Source of the DNA: a virus
Taxonomy: Duplodnaviria > Caudoviricetes
IMG/VR virus record: IMGVR_UViG_3300043932_000067
Span: 1-39,169 of that record
DNA: 39,169 nt
Strand: one strand, 5' to 3'
Shown: positions 17,901 through 27,262 of the stretch, one piece after another
Position numbering within the stretch: position 1 is the first letter of the stretch
How the letters are laid out: each line of letters begins with the position of its first letter
Made by a program: the position numbers and the translations under genes
The notes under the pieces: model-generated
Databases searched by the model: none
What the model was told of the DNA's origin: nothing
The model's input: only the letters and a program-made list of their open reading frames with translations

Positions 17901-19307
17901 ACCACCCGCAGGGCCGGCGGCCCGGGGGCGATGGAGGCCATCCGCACCGCAGTCAACGACGGCGCCCGGGTGCCCGGATTCAAGGGAGGCGGCTACACCG
18001 GAGGCCGAGGCAGGCTGACCGCGCTGGCATCCAACCGGGTGACCGCCGCGGCGCGCTCGCTCGGCTGGATGTTCCAGCTGGCACAGCAGGGATGGAATGC
18101 GGCCAACGGGCTGTCTGGCACCTCGCATGCCGGGGATGCGGTGGACGTGTCGGGTCCGGCTGGCGGTACCCGCCTGTGGTCGATCCGTGACGCGCTCCGC
18201 CGCCAGAATTGGGCGGCGTGGGTGCGCGGGCCGAAGCAGGGGTTCTCCTGGCATGTGCACGCGGTACCCGGGCCCGGCGCCGGCACCGGTCGCGGGTCGG
18301 CCACCTATCAGTGGGGCGACTACCTCAAGGGTGGGGCCGGCCTGCGCGGTGTCGGCAATCCCGACCCGTACGCGAAGCCGTCCGGATCGGGTGGGTCGTG
18401 GCTGGGCCAGATCGGCTCGGCCGTCGCCAGTATGTTCGGCAAGTTCTCCACGCCCATGGACTGGATCAAGGACCGGATGAAGGGGCTCGTCTCGGGCGCC
18501 GGATCGGTGCTCAAGAAGGTCGGCAACAACCCGTTCACCCAGATGGTCGCCAAGGTCCCCGGCAAGCTCCTGTCGATGGCTGTCGACAAGATCAAGAATC
18601 TGTTCGGCAGATCGGCAGCGACCGGCACGTCCGGGAACATGGAGTCCTGGCGTCCGCTCATTCGGCAGGCGCTCGCCCGTACCGGTATCGGCTCCGGAAA
18701 GGCCGACGAGGACGCGTGGCTGCGACAGGTCATGTCTGAGTCGTCGGGCAACCCGAATGCACTCCAGGGTGTAAAGGACATCAACTCGGGCGGGAATGAG
18801 GCTCTGGGCCTCCTCCAGGTCATCCCGGGGACCTTCGCCGCATACCGCGACAAGACCCTCCCGAATGATCGCCGAAACCCCCTGGCGAATGCTGTGGCTG
18901 CGATGCGCTATGCGTCGTCCCGGTATGGCAACTGGCGCAGCGTCATCGGCCACGGCCACGGCTACAAGGACGGGACGCTCTCGGTGATCCGGAACATGTT
19001 CGCCCCCTTGTCGGAGGATGGCCGCCCGGAGATCGTCGCAGGCCCGCAGATGGGCAACCTCATGAAGGGCAGCCGGGTCTACAACGGCGACCAGACAGAG
19101 AAGATCCTCCGCCTGCGCACCATCGCCCAGCCGAAGAAGGCGGTCACCCCGACCGCCATGACGGGAGCTGCCATCACAATGCCAGACACCCTGATCGTCA
19201 AGGACGTCGACGACAAGCTGGTGGGCCGGATGCGCGTCGAGGGCTACGGGTCGGCTGTGGATGCAATCGAGGACAGGGAATCCATGATGGCGAGGATTGG
19301 CGCATGA
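14916..19307 (+). CDS. tape measure protein with C-terminal peptidase-like and lytic transglycosylase (SLT) domains
   Basis: 1463 aa and Ala-rich. Tape-measure domain VKGTAYGMGDAA..GKLQGDDLLQL and Trp-periodic repeats. SHAGDAVDV/WHVH and ESSGNPNA..GLLQVIPGTF motifs near the C-terminus. Confidence 0.93.
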   Translation: MALDLGTLSGKIALDTSDFEKSVASAKATLNGWAKDADKTAAATGKSVSDGMGKGAEQAAQRTSKATDTAKAAYDKAAKAAEEASQRQDSAARKVDVAETRLSETRQKYAAGSSQVKAAEDRLISARQQSTRADEQAAEAKKKATKASEEVAKAAVSEAEAQKKTGTAADQAAAKGSGAMSRLKASISSLSRRSNPFQAFPSQAKTAGDESGARFGSGFQSSAKSGLASFGSMFKASFLGNAASSALTSGIGAIKSGLESGFGRLESIDQATAKLTGLGNSANTTKTILNNALASVKGTAYGMGDAATVAASMTASGIKPGQDLEKTLSLVADTATIAGRSITDIGAIFGSVAAKGKLQGDDLLQLTSSGVPVLQFLSQTMHKTTAEVSDMSSKGKISFADFQKAMEVGLGGSAKSSGDTFSGAMANAKAALGRLTADVMGGAFKQMPGTFKGITAQIDAMAPAAERAGAKVSSGIGSAFTTIKGLFNLMAKGDYTASLGKSLGIEEDSPIVGTLLSLRQTFIDFGSSVKTAVQGVVSAFGPMAAEAAKLAGGAALGALSVVMKILTPLFNALGNSLKAHPVLWRTVAASILGAVVALKALSVATSIASGIGGIVKSIGGAVTAFKKGSTVITSFNRAFHALGIAFRLNPIGLVVTAIGLLVAGFIYAYTHSERFRNIVNGALNGVKNAALAVGRWFSGPFVNFFKSAWGGIKAGFSAIGGFFTGIWNGIKAVFTGGVNAVKGVWSTLWTALTNSWGFKALQSIFSVYFRLIKLVFTNFINGVKIVWNGLWTALKFVASGFMTSLRTIISAGMWVVRNVIMPPINAIKAVWSAAWGWISSKVSAIFGAIHHNVSVKILQVQMVITRVMNVIKAVWNAGFEKVKSIASSAMSSVKSGINRVLGGIEGAFSGALRWIERVWGGLQNITKKPISFVLKTVINGGLIKGFNWVANKLGAKTMPNVPIPRGFREGGPTGSMGVNDIAGVVHGQEFVMDAETTRRAGGPGAMEAIRTAVNDGARVPGFKGGGYTGGRGRLTALASNRVTAAARSLGWMFQLAQQGWNAANGLSGTSHAGDAVDVSGPAGGTRLWSIRDALRRQNWAAWVRGPKQGFSWHVHAVPGPGAGTGRGSATYQWGDYLKGGAGLRGVGNPDPYAKPSGSGGSWLGQIGSAVASMFGKFSTPMDWIKDRMKGLVSGAGSVLKKVGNNPFTQMVAKVPGKLLSMAVDKIKNLFGRSAATGTSGNMESWRPLIRQALARTGIGSGKADEDAWLRQVMSESSGNPNALQGVKDINSGGNEALGLLQVIPGTFAAYRDKTLPNDRRNPLANAVAAMRYASSRYGNWRSVIGHGHGYKDGTLSVIRNMFAPLSEDGRPEIVAGPQMGNLMKGSRVYNGDQTEKILRLRTIAQPKKAVTPTAMTGAAITMPDTLIVKDVDDKLVGRMRVEGYGSAVDAIEDRESMMARIGA

Positions 19308-21166
19308 CGACGAGTCTGAGGGTGACGTGGGCGACGTGGGTGTCTCAGTCGGCGCCCACGTCGAACTACTTCAAGAAGACCGGATATCTGTCCGTCAGCA
19401 ATCAGTCTTCGCACGTGAAATTCGCGTACTTGTGGTTTGCGAATCCTTTTCCGCGCACTGGCGCGAATGTGTTGTCCGCCAAGCTCACCCTGCGGACGCG
19501 GAAGGTGACTGGCTCCGGCACGGTGAATCTTGGCGTGGATCTGGCCACCCCGTATCCGGTGGGCATCGGCCTGATGAACTGGAACACGCGGGCTTCCGCC
19601 GCCGGCCACAAGGTGCAGCTCACCAAGTCGGCACCACTGGCAGAGAATGCGGCGTGGACTTTCGACGTCACCGACATGATGCAGACTGTGGGAAGCGGCT
19701 ACGGATTCAACGGCTTCATCCTGTCGACGACGAACACGCGCGACATCAATGTGCAGGGCAACATGTCCGCCGCGCTCGATCCGGTGCTGGAGGTGGAGTG
19801 GACTGAGGCTCCGCTTCCGCCGGATCAGCTGGCCCCGTCGACGGGTCAGGCGACGGGTGTGGCCCTGCCCGTCCTGCGCTGGTCCTTCTGGGATCATGCC
19901 GGTGCCACGGGCATGCAGTCGGCTCAGGTGCAGGTGGCGAGCTCGGAGGACGGTTTCGGGTCTCCGCTGTGGGATTCTGGCAGTCTGCCTCTGACGGAGA
20001 CTCAGCTGGACCTCGCCGCCACGTCGTGCCCGGCGCCCGCCGTGGACACGCTGCGGTGGTGGCGCGTCCGGAATCAGGACAGCGCGGGCCTGTGGTCGGC
20101 GTGGTCCGATCCCGTCTCGTGGCAGTGGCATCCCCGCCTGTCGGTGTCGCTGGTGCAGCCGGACGGCGCGACCTTCTCCGACCCGACGCCGGTCATCCAG
20201 TGGGCGACGTCGGGCGACATGCCGCAGTCGCGGTGGAGGGCGTCCGTGTCGATCCTTGACGGGTCTGCGTGGCGCGTCGTGGCGTCCTCTGGGACGGTCG
20301 TCTCGGCTGAGACGTCGTGGACCCCCGACGTGGGACTGGCGAACGCTGGCACGGCACGGATCATCGTTGACGTGTGGGACGACCGGGCGCGGGAGGCCAC
20401 ACCCGGCGTGCCGATCTACGCGTCGGCGAGCGGAGAGTTCGCCTTCTCGCCGTCGGACACCATTGAGATCCCGAAGAACATCCAGCTGATCGACCTGGCG
20501 CCCATGCCGTCGGTCACTCTGCGCTTCACCCGATCCGAAGTGCCCGACAGGTGGGACATCTACAGGGACGACATGCTTCTGACTCGTCACTCCGGCCTGG
20601 ACTTCCTCGTGGAGGGCGATCAGTACGAGGTCACTGATCAGACCGCCCCGAACGGCCCTCACACGTGGACCATCTTCGCGATCGTCAACGGCGTCGCCGC
20701 CAAGTCACAGGCCGTCACTGCCACCATCGCCCACCCCGGCACGTGGCTGTGCGACCCCGACACCGGAGACAAGGTGTGCATCGTCGGAGGGAACAAAGAT
20801 CTCGAACTGTCGCTCCCCGAGGACCGCACCACCTTCACCCCCATCGGCTCCAAGGCTCGGGTCGACATCATCGCCGCACAGCGCGGCTACGAGGCAACCT
20901 GCAAGGGGTCGCTGGTCGGGAATCCTGCCACCGGCGCGACCGCCGAGCAGCAGCGGGACATGCTCAGGCGCTGGCGCGAGGATGTCGGGCACCGCTTCAT
21001 TCTGCTGGTCTCCGACATGGCTCTGCCGGTGAACATCAACAACGTCCAGACGTGGCGCACCGTCCAGGCCACCGGCCCGCGGTTCGACGGCGACCCCGGC
21101 CACGTGGTGCATGTGAGCTTCGACTGGCACCAGATCGACTGGTTCGACGTCGGGAGTGCATCGTGA
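19304..21166 (+). CDS. minor tail protein (distal-tail-like, beta-rich/FN3-like)
   Basis: Directly after the tape measure gene. Contains NVLSAKLTL and WWRVRNQDSAGLWSAWS (FN3-like). Confidence 0.75.
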   Translation: MTTSLRVTWATWVSQSAPTSNYFKKTGYLSVSNQSSHVKFAYLWFANPFPRTGANVLSAKLTLRTRKVTGSGTVNLGVDLATPYPVGIGLMNWNTRASAAGHKVQLTKSAPLAENAAWTFDVTDMMQTVGSGYGFNGFILSTTNTRDINVQGNMSAALDPVLEVEWTEAPLPPDQLAPSTGQATGVALPVLRWSFWDHAGATGMQSAQVQVASSEDGFGSPLWDSGSLPLTETQLDLAATSCPAPAVDTLRWWRVRNQDSAGLWSAWSDPVSWQWHPRLSVSLVQPDGATFSDPTPVIQWATSGDMPQSRWRASVSILDGSAWRVVASSGTVVSAETSWTPDVGLANAGTARIIVDVWDDRAREATPGVPIYASASGEFAFSPSDTIEIPKNIQLIDLAPMPSVTLRFTRSEVPDRWDIYRDDMLLTRHSGLDFLVEGDQYEVTDQTAPNGPHTWTIFAIVNGVAAKSQAVTATIAHPGTWLCDPDTGDKVCIVGGNKDLELSLPEDRTTFTPIGSKARVDIIAAQRGYEATCKGSLVGNPATGATAEQQRDMLRRWREDVGHRFILLVSDMALPVNINNVQTWRTVQATGPRFDGDPGHVVHVSFDWHQIDWFDVGSAS

Positions 21167-22311
21167 TCGGGCTCGGATTGTCCGCCGCCGACCAGCGCGC
21201 ATTCGATGAGGGGCTCAAGCACGATCACGCCGTGAGCACCACGGTGCGCATCCTGTCGATGGACCATGAGGTGCTGGGTGAGGCTGACGGGGTGGTCTCC
21301 GGGCAGGTGGATGTCGACGCCGGCGCCGAGGTGGAGCGGTCGTGCAGCGTGGAGGTGCTGGACCCACAGAACCGCCTGGGGCTCACCTCTGCCAGCCCGA
21401 CTCAGCCGGTCATCTTCGTCAACAAGCAGGTCCAGGTGCTCTACAGGGTGCGTATTCCGCAGCTCGGTCGCTGGGTGGATGTGCCGGTATTCACCGGGCC
21501 GATCACGAAGGCCGACGCCACCGATCAGGGGGTGTCGATCACCGGGACTGGCAAGGAGTTCCGCCTGATGCGGGATGGTGGGACGTCGATCTCGAAGACG
21601 TTCAAGAAGGGCACCCGCAAGTCCGACGTCATCGCGCAGTATCTGGCTGCGATGGGTGAGACCCAGCGCCAGATCACGTCATTCCCGGATCGTCTGACGG
21701 CCGATCTGACGATCGCTGGGACAGACAAGGCGTGGCCTGTGCTGCGCTCGCTGGCCCGTCAGCTCGGGGACTCCAGCAATTTCCCGTGGCTGGGCTATGA
21801 CGGGCGCGGAGTCGCACGGATGGCCGCGCACTCGTCGGCCGTGAGGTGGGTCTTCGATGGCCAGTCGATCACATCGACCCCGAAGGTGACCGTCGACGAG
21901 TCGAGCATGAAGAACTATGTGCGCGTCATCAACAACGAGAAGGTGCTGGCGACCGCGAAGGCGGCGCCCGCCGATCCGTTCTCGGCGCAGTCTTTGGCGT
22001 GCGGTGGAGTGCCGCAGTGGATTCGCGAGGATGTCACCACCGATTCGACGGACAAGAGGGCAGCCCAGACGCTGGCCAACAGCACGCTGGACAGCCTCAT
22101 GCATGCGGCCGTCTCGGTGGAGTTCGAGTCGCTGATCGTGCCGCATCTGGAGCCACGCGACGTGATCCGTGTGGTGGCCGACACGTGGGAGTGGGATTTG
22201 CAGGTCACCAAATTCACGATCCCACTCGGGGCCAGTCAGGCCATGAGCCACGGTCGCAATGCGCAGATCAGGCCGAAGATCAAGTACGCCGCTAAGGGAA
22301 GGACTCGCTGA
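21163..22311 (+). CDS. minor tail / baseplate hub protein
   Basis: GTG 21163 overlaps the upstream stop. Motifs SGQVDVDAGAEVERSC, VPVFTG and PHLEPRDVI. Confidence 0.75.
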   Translation: MIGLGLSAADQRAFDEGLKHDHAVSTTVRILSMDHEVLGEADGVVSGQVDVDAGAEVERSCSVEVLDPQNRLGLTSASPTQPVIFVNKQVQVLYRVRIPQLGRWVDVPVFTGPITKADATDQGVSITGTGKEFRLMRDGGTSISKTFKKGTRKSDVIAQYLAAMGETQRQITSFPDRLTADLTIAGTDKAWPVLRSLARQLGDSSNFPWLGYDGRGVARMAAHSSAVRWVFDGQSITSTPKVTVDESSMKNYVRVINNEKVLATAKAAPADPFSAQSLACGGVPQWIREDVTTDSTDKRAAQTLANSTLDSLMHAAVSVEFESLIVPHLEPRDVIRVVADTWEWDLQVTKFTIPLGASQAMSHGRNAQIRPKIKYAAKGRTR

Positions 22312-24074
22312 TGGCTCAGCAGGTGGGCACGGTGACGGCCGTGCAGTCGGAGCGTCGCGGGGTGATCGCGACGTCGTGGACCGGCACTCAGATGTCGGTG
22401 GTGAATGCGGCCGATCTGGACCGCGAGGGAGGCACGCTCAGCCCCGACGGCGGCCAGACGACCTACGCCTACACCGCCGTGACTGATGGCGCCACGGATG
22501 ATGCCCCGGACACGGTGACGATGGCCGACGCCGCCCCCGCCGAGTGGCCCACCGCCTTCACCGATCCTGAGACCGGGGATGTGATCCCGGCCGAGGTGCG
22601 CCTCGACGTGTGGCCTGAGCGGCTGGACGTGACAGCCATGGTGGACCTTGGTGACGGGGAGACGATCCCGGCCGTGGTGCCTCACTCACTGCGCCCCCTC
22701 CTGGTCGACGGGGTGCGCGAGCCGGGGATGGGTGAGACGGTGCAGCTCGCCCGCGTCGCCGGGGTGTGGACCGTCTCCGACGTGCCGGGGAAGCGGGCCG
22801 TCGTTGAGGGGACGAAGGTGGCCGTCCCCGACACCCACTCGCTGCCACGCGCCGAGATGGACGACGCGTCATTCACCGTCTACAAGGACGACGGAGAGGG
22901 CGGGGCCGTCGCCACGACCATTCTGGGTGGCGACCGCGACCAGCTCCAGATTTTCGGGACTGATGGTGTGCTGCGGGGCGGGATTGATCAGGACGGCGTG
23001 GTCGTCGGATCGTCTGTGCAGACCCCTCAGGTGCTGCTGGACGGCGATGATGTGCGCGGCCTGATCGACGCCATGAGCTGGGGGTACACGGCAGGTCACA
23101 TTTTCACCGCAGATGCCGGGCCGATCGGGCAGACCGAGAAGATTATCTGCGACGTGCAATTCACGGCCATCCCAGGACGAAAATATAAGATCACTTTCAA
23201 TGCGTCGTGTGATATCCCGGCGGGGAGCCGCTTTATCCCCTATTTCCGGATTAGTGCCGGTGAGGATGGGGCAAGCACGGCACCTCAGCCGACCGTGTCA
23301 TCGCAGAGCCTTGGTAACGGGATCTTCCCGCCGCTTGCATACGCAGACCCAACCAATCCCGCCGCGCCCGTCATGTATTCCATGCCGTGGACGCCGGACA
23401 GCCTCGGCATCACCCAGCCGACCGCTGTGAGAATCGGCCTGTCTGCGCTGCTGCAATACACGGGAGTGTCGACCCTCCACAAGAACACCGGGTATTTCGA
23501 GATCACGGATATGGGGTCGCGCTATAAGGGCGTCTTCGCCGACGGCAATTTCGGGTCCGGCGCTGTCACCACGGTGACGCAGTACTTCCAGCCCGAGTGG
23601 ACGACCGTGTGGCGCAACGGCACTTCACAGCCGGGCGTCGTCACGCCACAGCAGGGATACGCCACGCGCGCGCTGGGTGTCGGGCATCCGGGCGGCATGT
23701 GGTACACCATGGTGAAATTCCCCGACGCGATGCGCGCATTCATGGCTGGGGCGCAAAAGATTTCGGACGTGTCGCTGTGGACCAATTCCTACGATTGCAT
23801 GAATGCCAGCGGATTCGTGCCACGTCTCTCGTGGCATGCGCAGTCCACCAGCCCGACAGGCCCGGTCGGGTCTGGCGATTTCGACCTCCGGAATCTCCCC
23901 AAGGGGGCGGTGCGATGGAATCAGCTGCCGTCCGGGGCATGGTCCAACATTCAGTCCGGCGCATATCTCGGCCTCACATTCGGGCTTCGCACCGGCCAGG
24001 ACGCGAAATACGCGGGGTGCTTCTCCATCACCGACGGGGCCCCCGGTGCTTTCCGGGTGACGGTGACGAAATGA
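22311..24074 (+). CDS. minor tail protein / putative receptor-binding protein
   Basis: Last large gene of the tail cluster, beta-rich, with a compositionally distinct C-terminal half. Confidence 0.7.
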   Translation: MAQQVGTVTAVQSERRGVIATSWTGTQMSVVNAADLDREGGTLSPDGGQTTYAYTAVTDGATDDAPDTVTMADAAPAEWPTAFTDPETGDVIPAEVRLDVWPERLDVTAMVDLGDGETIPAVVPHSLRPLLVDGVREPGMGETVQLARVAGVWTVSDVPGKRAVVEGTKVAVPDTHSLPRAEMDDASFTVYKDDGEGGAVATTILGGDRDQLQIFGTDGVLRGGIDQDGVVVGSSVQTPQVLLDGDDVRGLIDAMSWGYTAGHIFTADAGPIGQTEKIICDVQFTAIPGRKYKITFNASCDIPAGSRFIPYFRISAGEDGASTAPQPTVSSQSLGNGIFPPLAYADPTNPAAPVMYSMPWTPDSLGITQPTAVRIGLSALLQYTGVSTLHKNTGYFEITDMGSRYKGVFADGNFGSGAVTTVTQYFQPEWTTVWRNGTSQPGVVTPQQGYATRALGVGHPGGMWYTMVKFPDAMRAFMAGAQKISDVSLWTNSYDCMNASGFVPRLSWHAQSTSPTGPVGSGDFDLRNLPKGAVRWNQLPSGAWSNIQSGAYLGLTFGLRTGQDAKYAGCFSITDGAPGAFRVTVTK

Positions 24075-24478
24075 CCACCCATGAGCGTCGCCTCCGCGAT
24101 CTCACGTGGGTGCTGATCGTCGCGCAGGCCGTCATGCTGGGTCTCCAGTGGATCGGACGTGCCGCACCGTCCCGGCCACCGGTCCACGCATGGTGGCCCG
24201 CTCCGATGGCCGATGACTGGTGGTGGATCGCCTGCCACGCCGTGGCCGTGCTGCTGCTGGCGTGGGGGCTCGCGCGACGCCGACGGTGGCTCCCCGGGGT
24301 CATCGGGTCGTGGCTATCCGCCGCCGCGTGGCTGATCTGGGGGGCGTCGGATCTGGCATGGTCCATCGACACCCGCCCGCCCGTCTCGCTCGTCGCCCCG
24401 CTGCTCGCGCTGGCGGTGTGCGTGCCGCTGTCGGTGATCGTGGCGCACATGTGGAGCGACCGCGGACTCACCGACTGA
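24071..24478 (+). CDS. multi-pass membrane protein (~4 TM), lysis-region associated
   Basis: ATG 24071 overlaps the upstream stop. Four hydrophobic Trp-rich segments. Confidence 0.7.
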   Translation: MTTHERRLRDLTWVLIVAQAVMLGLQWIGRAAPSRPPVHAWWPAPMADDWWWIACHAVAVLLLAWGLARRRRWLPGVIGSWLSAAAWLIWGASDLAWSIDTRPPVSLVAPLLALAVCVPLSVIVAHMWSDRGLTD

Positions 24479-24490
24479 CAGGGGGACGGC

Positions 24491-24751
24491 ATGACGCCGG
24501 AATGGTCGACCGTCCTCGTCGCAGCCATCACCGCCGTGGTGACGCTCGTGGGGACTCTCGTGGGGGCGGGGGGCAGGAGCCGCCGCGAGGAGCGCAGGGC
24601 ATCCGCGCGGGTCGATTCGCTGGAGAGCTGGGTCTACCACGCGCGACATCAGCTGAGGCTCTTTAATGACTCGCTGCCGCCCGACACGCCAGTCTTCCAC
24701 CTCCCCCCACTCCCGGATTGGATGACCCAGCAGAACAACGGTGACGATTAA
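24491..24751 (+). CDS. single-TM membrane protein, lysis-region associated
   Basis: N-terminal TM (WSTVLVAAITAVVTLVGTLV) and a C-terminal LPPLP motif. Confidence 0.7.
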   Translation: MTPEWSTVLVAAITAVVTLVGTLVGAGGRSRREERRASARVDSLESWVYHARHQLRLFNDSLPPDTPVFHLPPLPDWMTQQNNGDD

Positions 24752-24753
24752 GG

Positions 24754-25656
24754 ATGTGTGGGATGGACAATGGGACTAAGTGCAGAGGGTGCGGTAAAAG
24801 ATTCTACGGAATGCGCGGGCACCAGTACTGCTCAGAGTCGTGCAAGCCGCTATGCTCAGTTGACGATTGCACATCGATTGCTAAATGCAAAGGTATGTGC
24901 CAAGTCCATTACGACAGGGTCCGGCGTCGAGGTAAAACAACGCTTTCGGTTCGTTCTCCAATGAGTTCCCTTGAATGCATTGCACCTGGTTGCAAAAGAC
25001 CAGCACTCACGATGGGCGAATGTAAGTTGCATCGCAATAGGATGAGGAAGCATGGTTCGTACGATCTCCCGCGCCAGAACCGGAAGCGTCGAACAAGCGG
25101 GAAGCCTTGCACTACACCAGGTTGCCAAAACTTGACCCGTGGTGGCGGCAAGTGCCAGACGTGCTACTACAGGATCGCGAAGTGGGGAACGGCAAACCAG
25201 TCTGACGACTCGTACGTGAGGCAAAAAGGCTTCAACTCCTGCACAAGGACGTGCATAGAGTGTGGGAAAGAATTCAGCGGCAACCCGGCTGCGAAGTATT
25301 GCAGTGACAGTTGCAGACCTCATAATCGACGTGGGTATTGGATCTCACATTCTGGTCGCGAAGCTATCTATAGGCGCGATAATTGGACGTGCCAGATATG
25401 CGGAGGCAAAGTTGATAGGAATGCGTCGACATTCATCGAAGGCCCATCGATAGATCACATCATCCCCGTATCTGCTGGTGGCACTAGCGATCCGTCAAAC
25501 CTGCGCTTATGCCACCGGGGATGCAACACGCTTCGAGCTGCCAATAGTCGGTCCGACGAGGAAGTGGCCGGGCTTTTCGCTGCTGAACTTGCATTAATCG
25601 GCGCAACCAGGACAGATGATAGCGATGCCTCAGACGACGAACCTCCTGAACACTGA
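24754..25656 (+). CDS. HNH endonuclease with multiple Cys/His zinc-finger repeats
   Basis: Motif IYRRDNWTCQICG..SIDHIIPVSAGGTSDPSNLRLCHRGCN, plus repeated CS..DC...KGMCQVHY-type fingers. Visibly lower GC than the flanks. Confidence 0.88.
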   Translation: MCGMDNGTKCRGCGKRFYGMRGHQYCSESCKPLCSVDDCTSIAKCKGMCQVHYDRVRRRGKTTLSVRSPMSSLECIAPGCKRPALTMGECKLHRNRMRKHGSYDLPRQNRKRRTSGKPCTTPGCQNLTRGGGKCQTCYYRIAKWGTANQSDDSYVRQKGFNSCTRTCIECGKEFSGNPAAKYCSDSCRPHNRRGYWISHSGREAIYRRDNWTCQICGGKVDRNASTFIEGPSIDHIIPVSAGGTSDPSNLRLCHRGCNTLRAANSRSDEEVAGLFAAELALIGATRTDDSDASDDEPPEH

Positions 25657-26332
25657 GAGGAAACAGCGCCTCCGTGCCGAGCGGCTGAGCTTCTGGCAGA
25701 CCGTCATCCTCATTGCCCTGGTCGTCGTCGTGGGGGTCGGCGGCATGTGGTCCGGGACGGTCGTCGGGCAGCGCAATCACGCCACGGGCGAGGCCTCCAA
25801 GAACGCGGAAGTCGCGCAGGGACTGGCCGCCCGCGTGCAGGCCGCCTGCCGACTCGACACCGACGAGGGCCGGTCGCTGCGGAAAGCGGGATTGTGCGCT
25901 GCTGCCAGCTCAGCATCCGCGCAGGTCACCGCCGCCGGGAAAGCCGGTGCTCAGGGGCTGCCAGGACCCGCCGGTCCGTCTGGTGCCAGCGGGCAGCCGG
26001 GTAGGGACGCCACCGGGAAAGCGGGGGCGGCAGGCAGTGCCGGGGCCTCCGGGCAGCCGGGACGTGATGCGACTGGCGAACCGGGGGCCTCCGGTGCGCC
26101 CGGCGCGGACTCCACCATCCCCGGACCGGCAGGTGCGCCCGGCACCAGCGGGACCAGTGGCACCAGCGGGGTGGACGGGAAACCGGGGCAGCCGGGGCGC
26201 GGTATCAGCTCGCTGTTCTGCTCCGGCGGCGACCTCGTCGTCTCCTGGACCGACGGCACCTCCGACATCGTCGCCGGCGCCCAGGTGTGCGAGCAGGCGC
26301 CCACATCCGAGCCCACCTCGGACCCGACATGA
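25626..26332 (+). CDS. membrane-anchored collagen-like (Gly-X-Y) protein
   Basis: N-terminal TM (FWQTVILIALVVVVGVGGMW), a long G-X-Y run, and C-terminal GRGISSLFC..GDLVVSWTDG. Start is uncertain: the ORF track gives 25616, with a second Met a few codons later. Confidence 0.75.
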
Positions 26333-26413
26333 CTCCCCACGGCACATGCACCGGTCACGTGTGGGTGTGCGGATGGGACGCAGACGAATGCATCACCAAT
26401 CAGGAGGGACCAC

Positions 26414-27262
26414 ATGGCCAATCCACTGACAGCAGATCAGCAGCTCGCGGCAGTCAAGGCGGCCGGGATCTCGAAGATCGTCGAGAACTCGGGCTGGCGG
26501 TCGCGGGGAATCTGGAGAATCTCGAAGGGATGGAAGCCCAAGGGGATCATCATCCATCAGACCGCCGGGAACCTCGGTAGTCGTAGCGTGCAGCAGTACG
26601 CTGACGACATTCTCAACGGAGATCCCAGCTGTCCCGACAAGTGCAACGCTTTCGTGGCACCTGACGGGACGCTGTGGATGAATGCGGCCGGGCGCGCGAA
26701 TCATTGCCTGCAATACAGCAATCAGGCTCTGAACGCGATGATCAACGAAACGTTCCCGCTCACCGGAACTGTCGCGTGGCGCGGCTCGCTCCAGAACATG
26801 AACGAGCACACGTACGGGCTGGAGATGATCGCCACGGCTCCCAACGCGGCGCAGGTGGAGACGGCCGCACGCTGGGCCGCCGCGCTCTGCCGCGCCCACG
26901 GCTGGACCGCCGGGTGCATCGCAGGACACGGGGAGGTCGCCTCCGATCGCGACTACTCCGACCCCGGTATCGACATGGGCGCATTCCGGCGCCGTGTCGC
27001 AGCAATTCTGTCGAGCGGATCGACCGCTCAGGAAGACGAGGATGAAATGAAGGAAGCCGACTGGCAGCGCATGGAGCGACTCGTGGACGCGAGGCTCAAG
27101 TACGCCAGCATCGCCAAGAATGATGACCCGGTCTTCAAGCCCGACAAGAGCGCGAGCTGGCCCTGGCGCACCGCGCTGTGGAGCATCTCCTACTACGCGA
27201 CCCACAGCTACAACACGATCTGCAATATCGCCCGCAAGCTCGGGGCGGAGGTCAGCAAGTGA
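26414..27262 (+). CDS. endolysin, N-acetylmuramoyl-L-alanine amidase (Amidase_2)
   Basis: Motifs GIIIHQTAG, GRANH, YGLE and IAGHGE...DPG. RBS AGGAGG. Confidence 0.9.
   Translation: MANPLTADQQLAAVKAAGISKIVENSGWRSRGIWRISKGWKPKGIIIHQTAGNLGSRSVQQYADDILNGDPSCPDKCNAFVAPDGTLWMNAAGRANHCLQYSNQALNAMINETFPLTGTVAWRGSLQNMNEHTYGLEMIATAPNAAQVETAARWAAALCRAHGWTAGCIAGHGEVASDRDYSDPGIDMGAFRRRVAAILSSGSTAQEDEDEMKEADWQRMERLVDARLKYASIAKNDDPVFKPDKSASWPWRTALWSISYYATHSYNTICNIARKLGAEVSK

Noticed and set aside
20665-21162. 5' extension of the 548-aa ORF
   Set aside because: Arg/His-rich off-frame text overlapping the preceding tail gene. The coupled GTG at 21163 is the plausible start.
26329-26580. Small ORF MTPHGTC... 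between the collagen gene and the endolysin
   Set aside because: The start is coupled, but the ORF would overlap the endolysin by ~165 nt. Support is insufficient.
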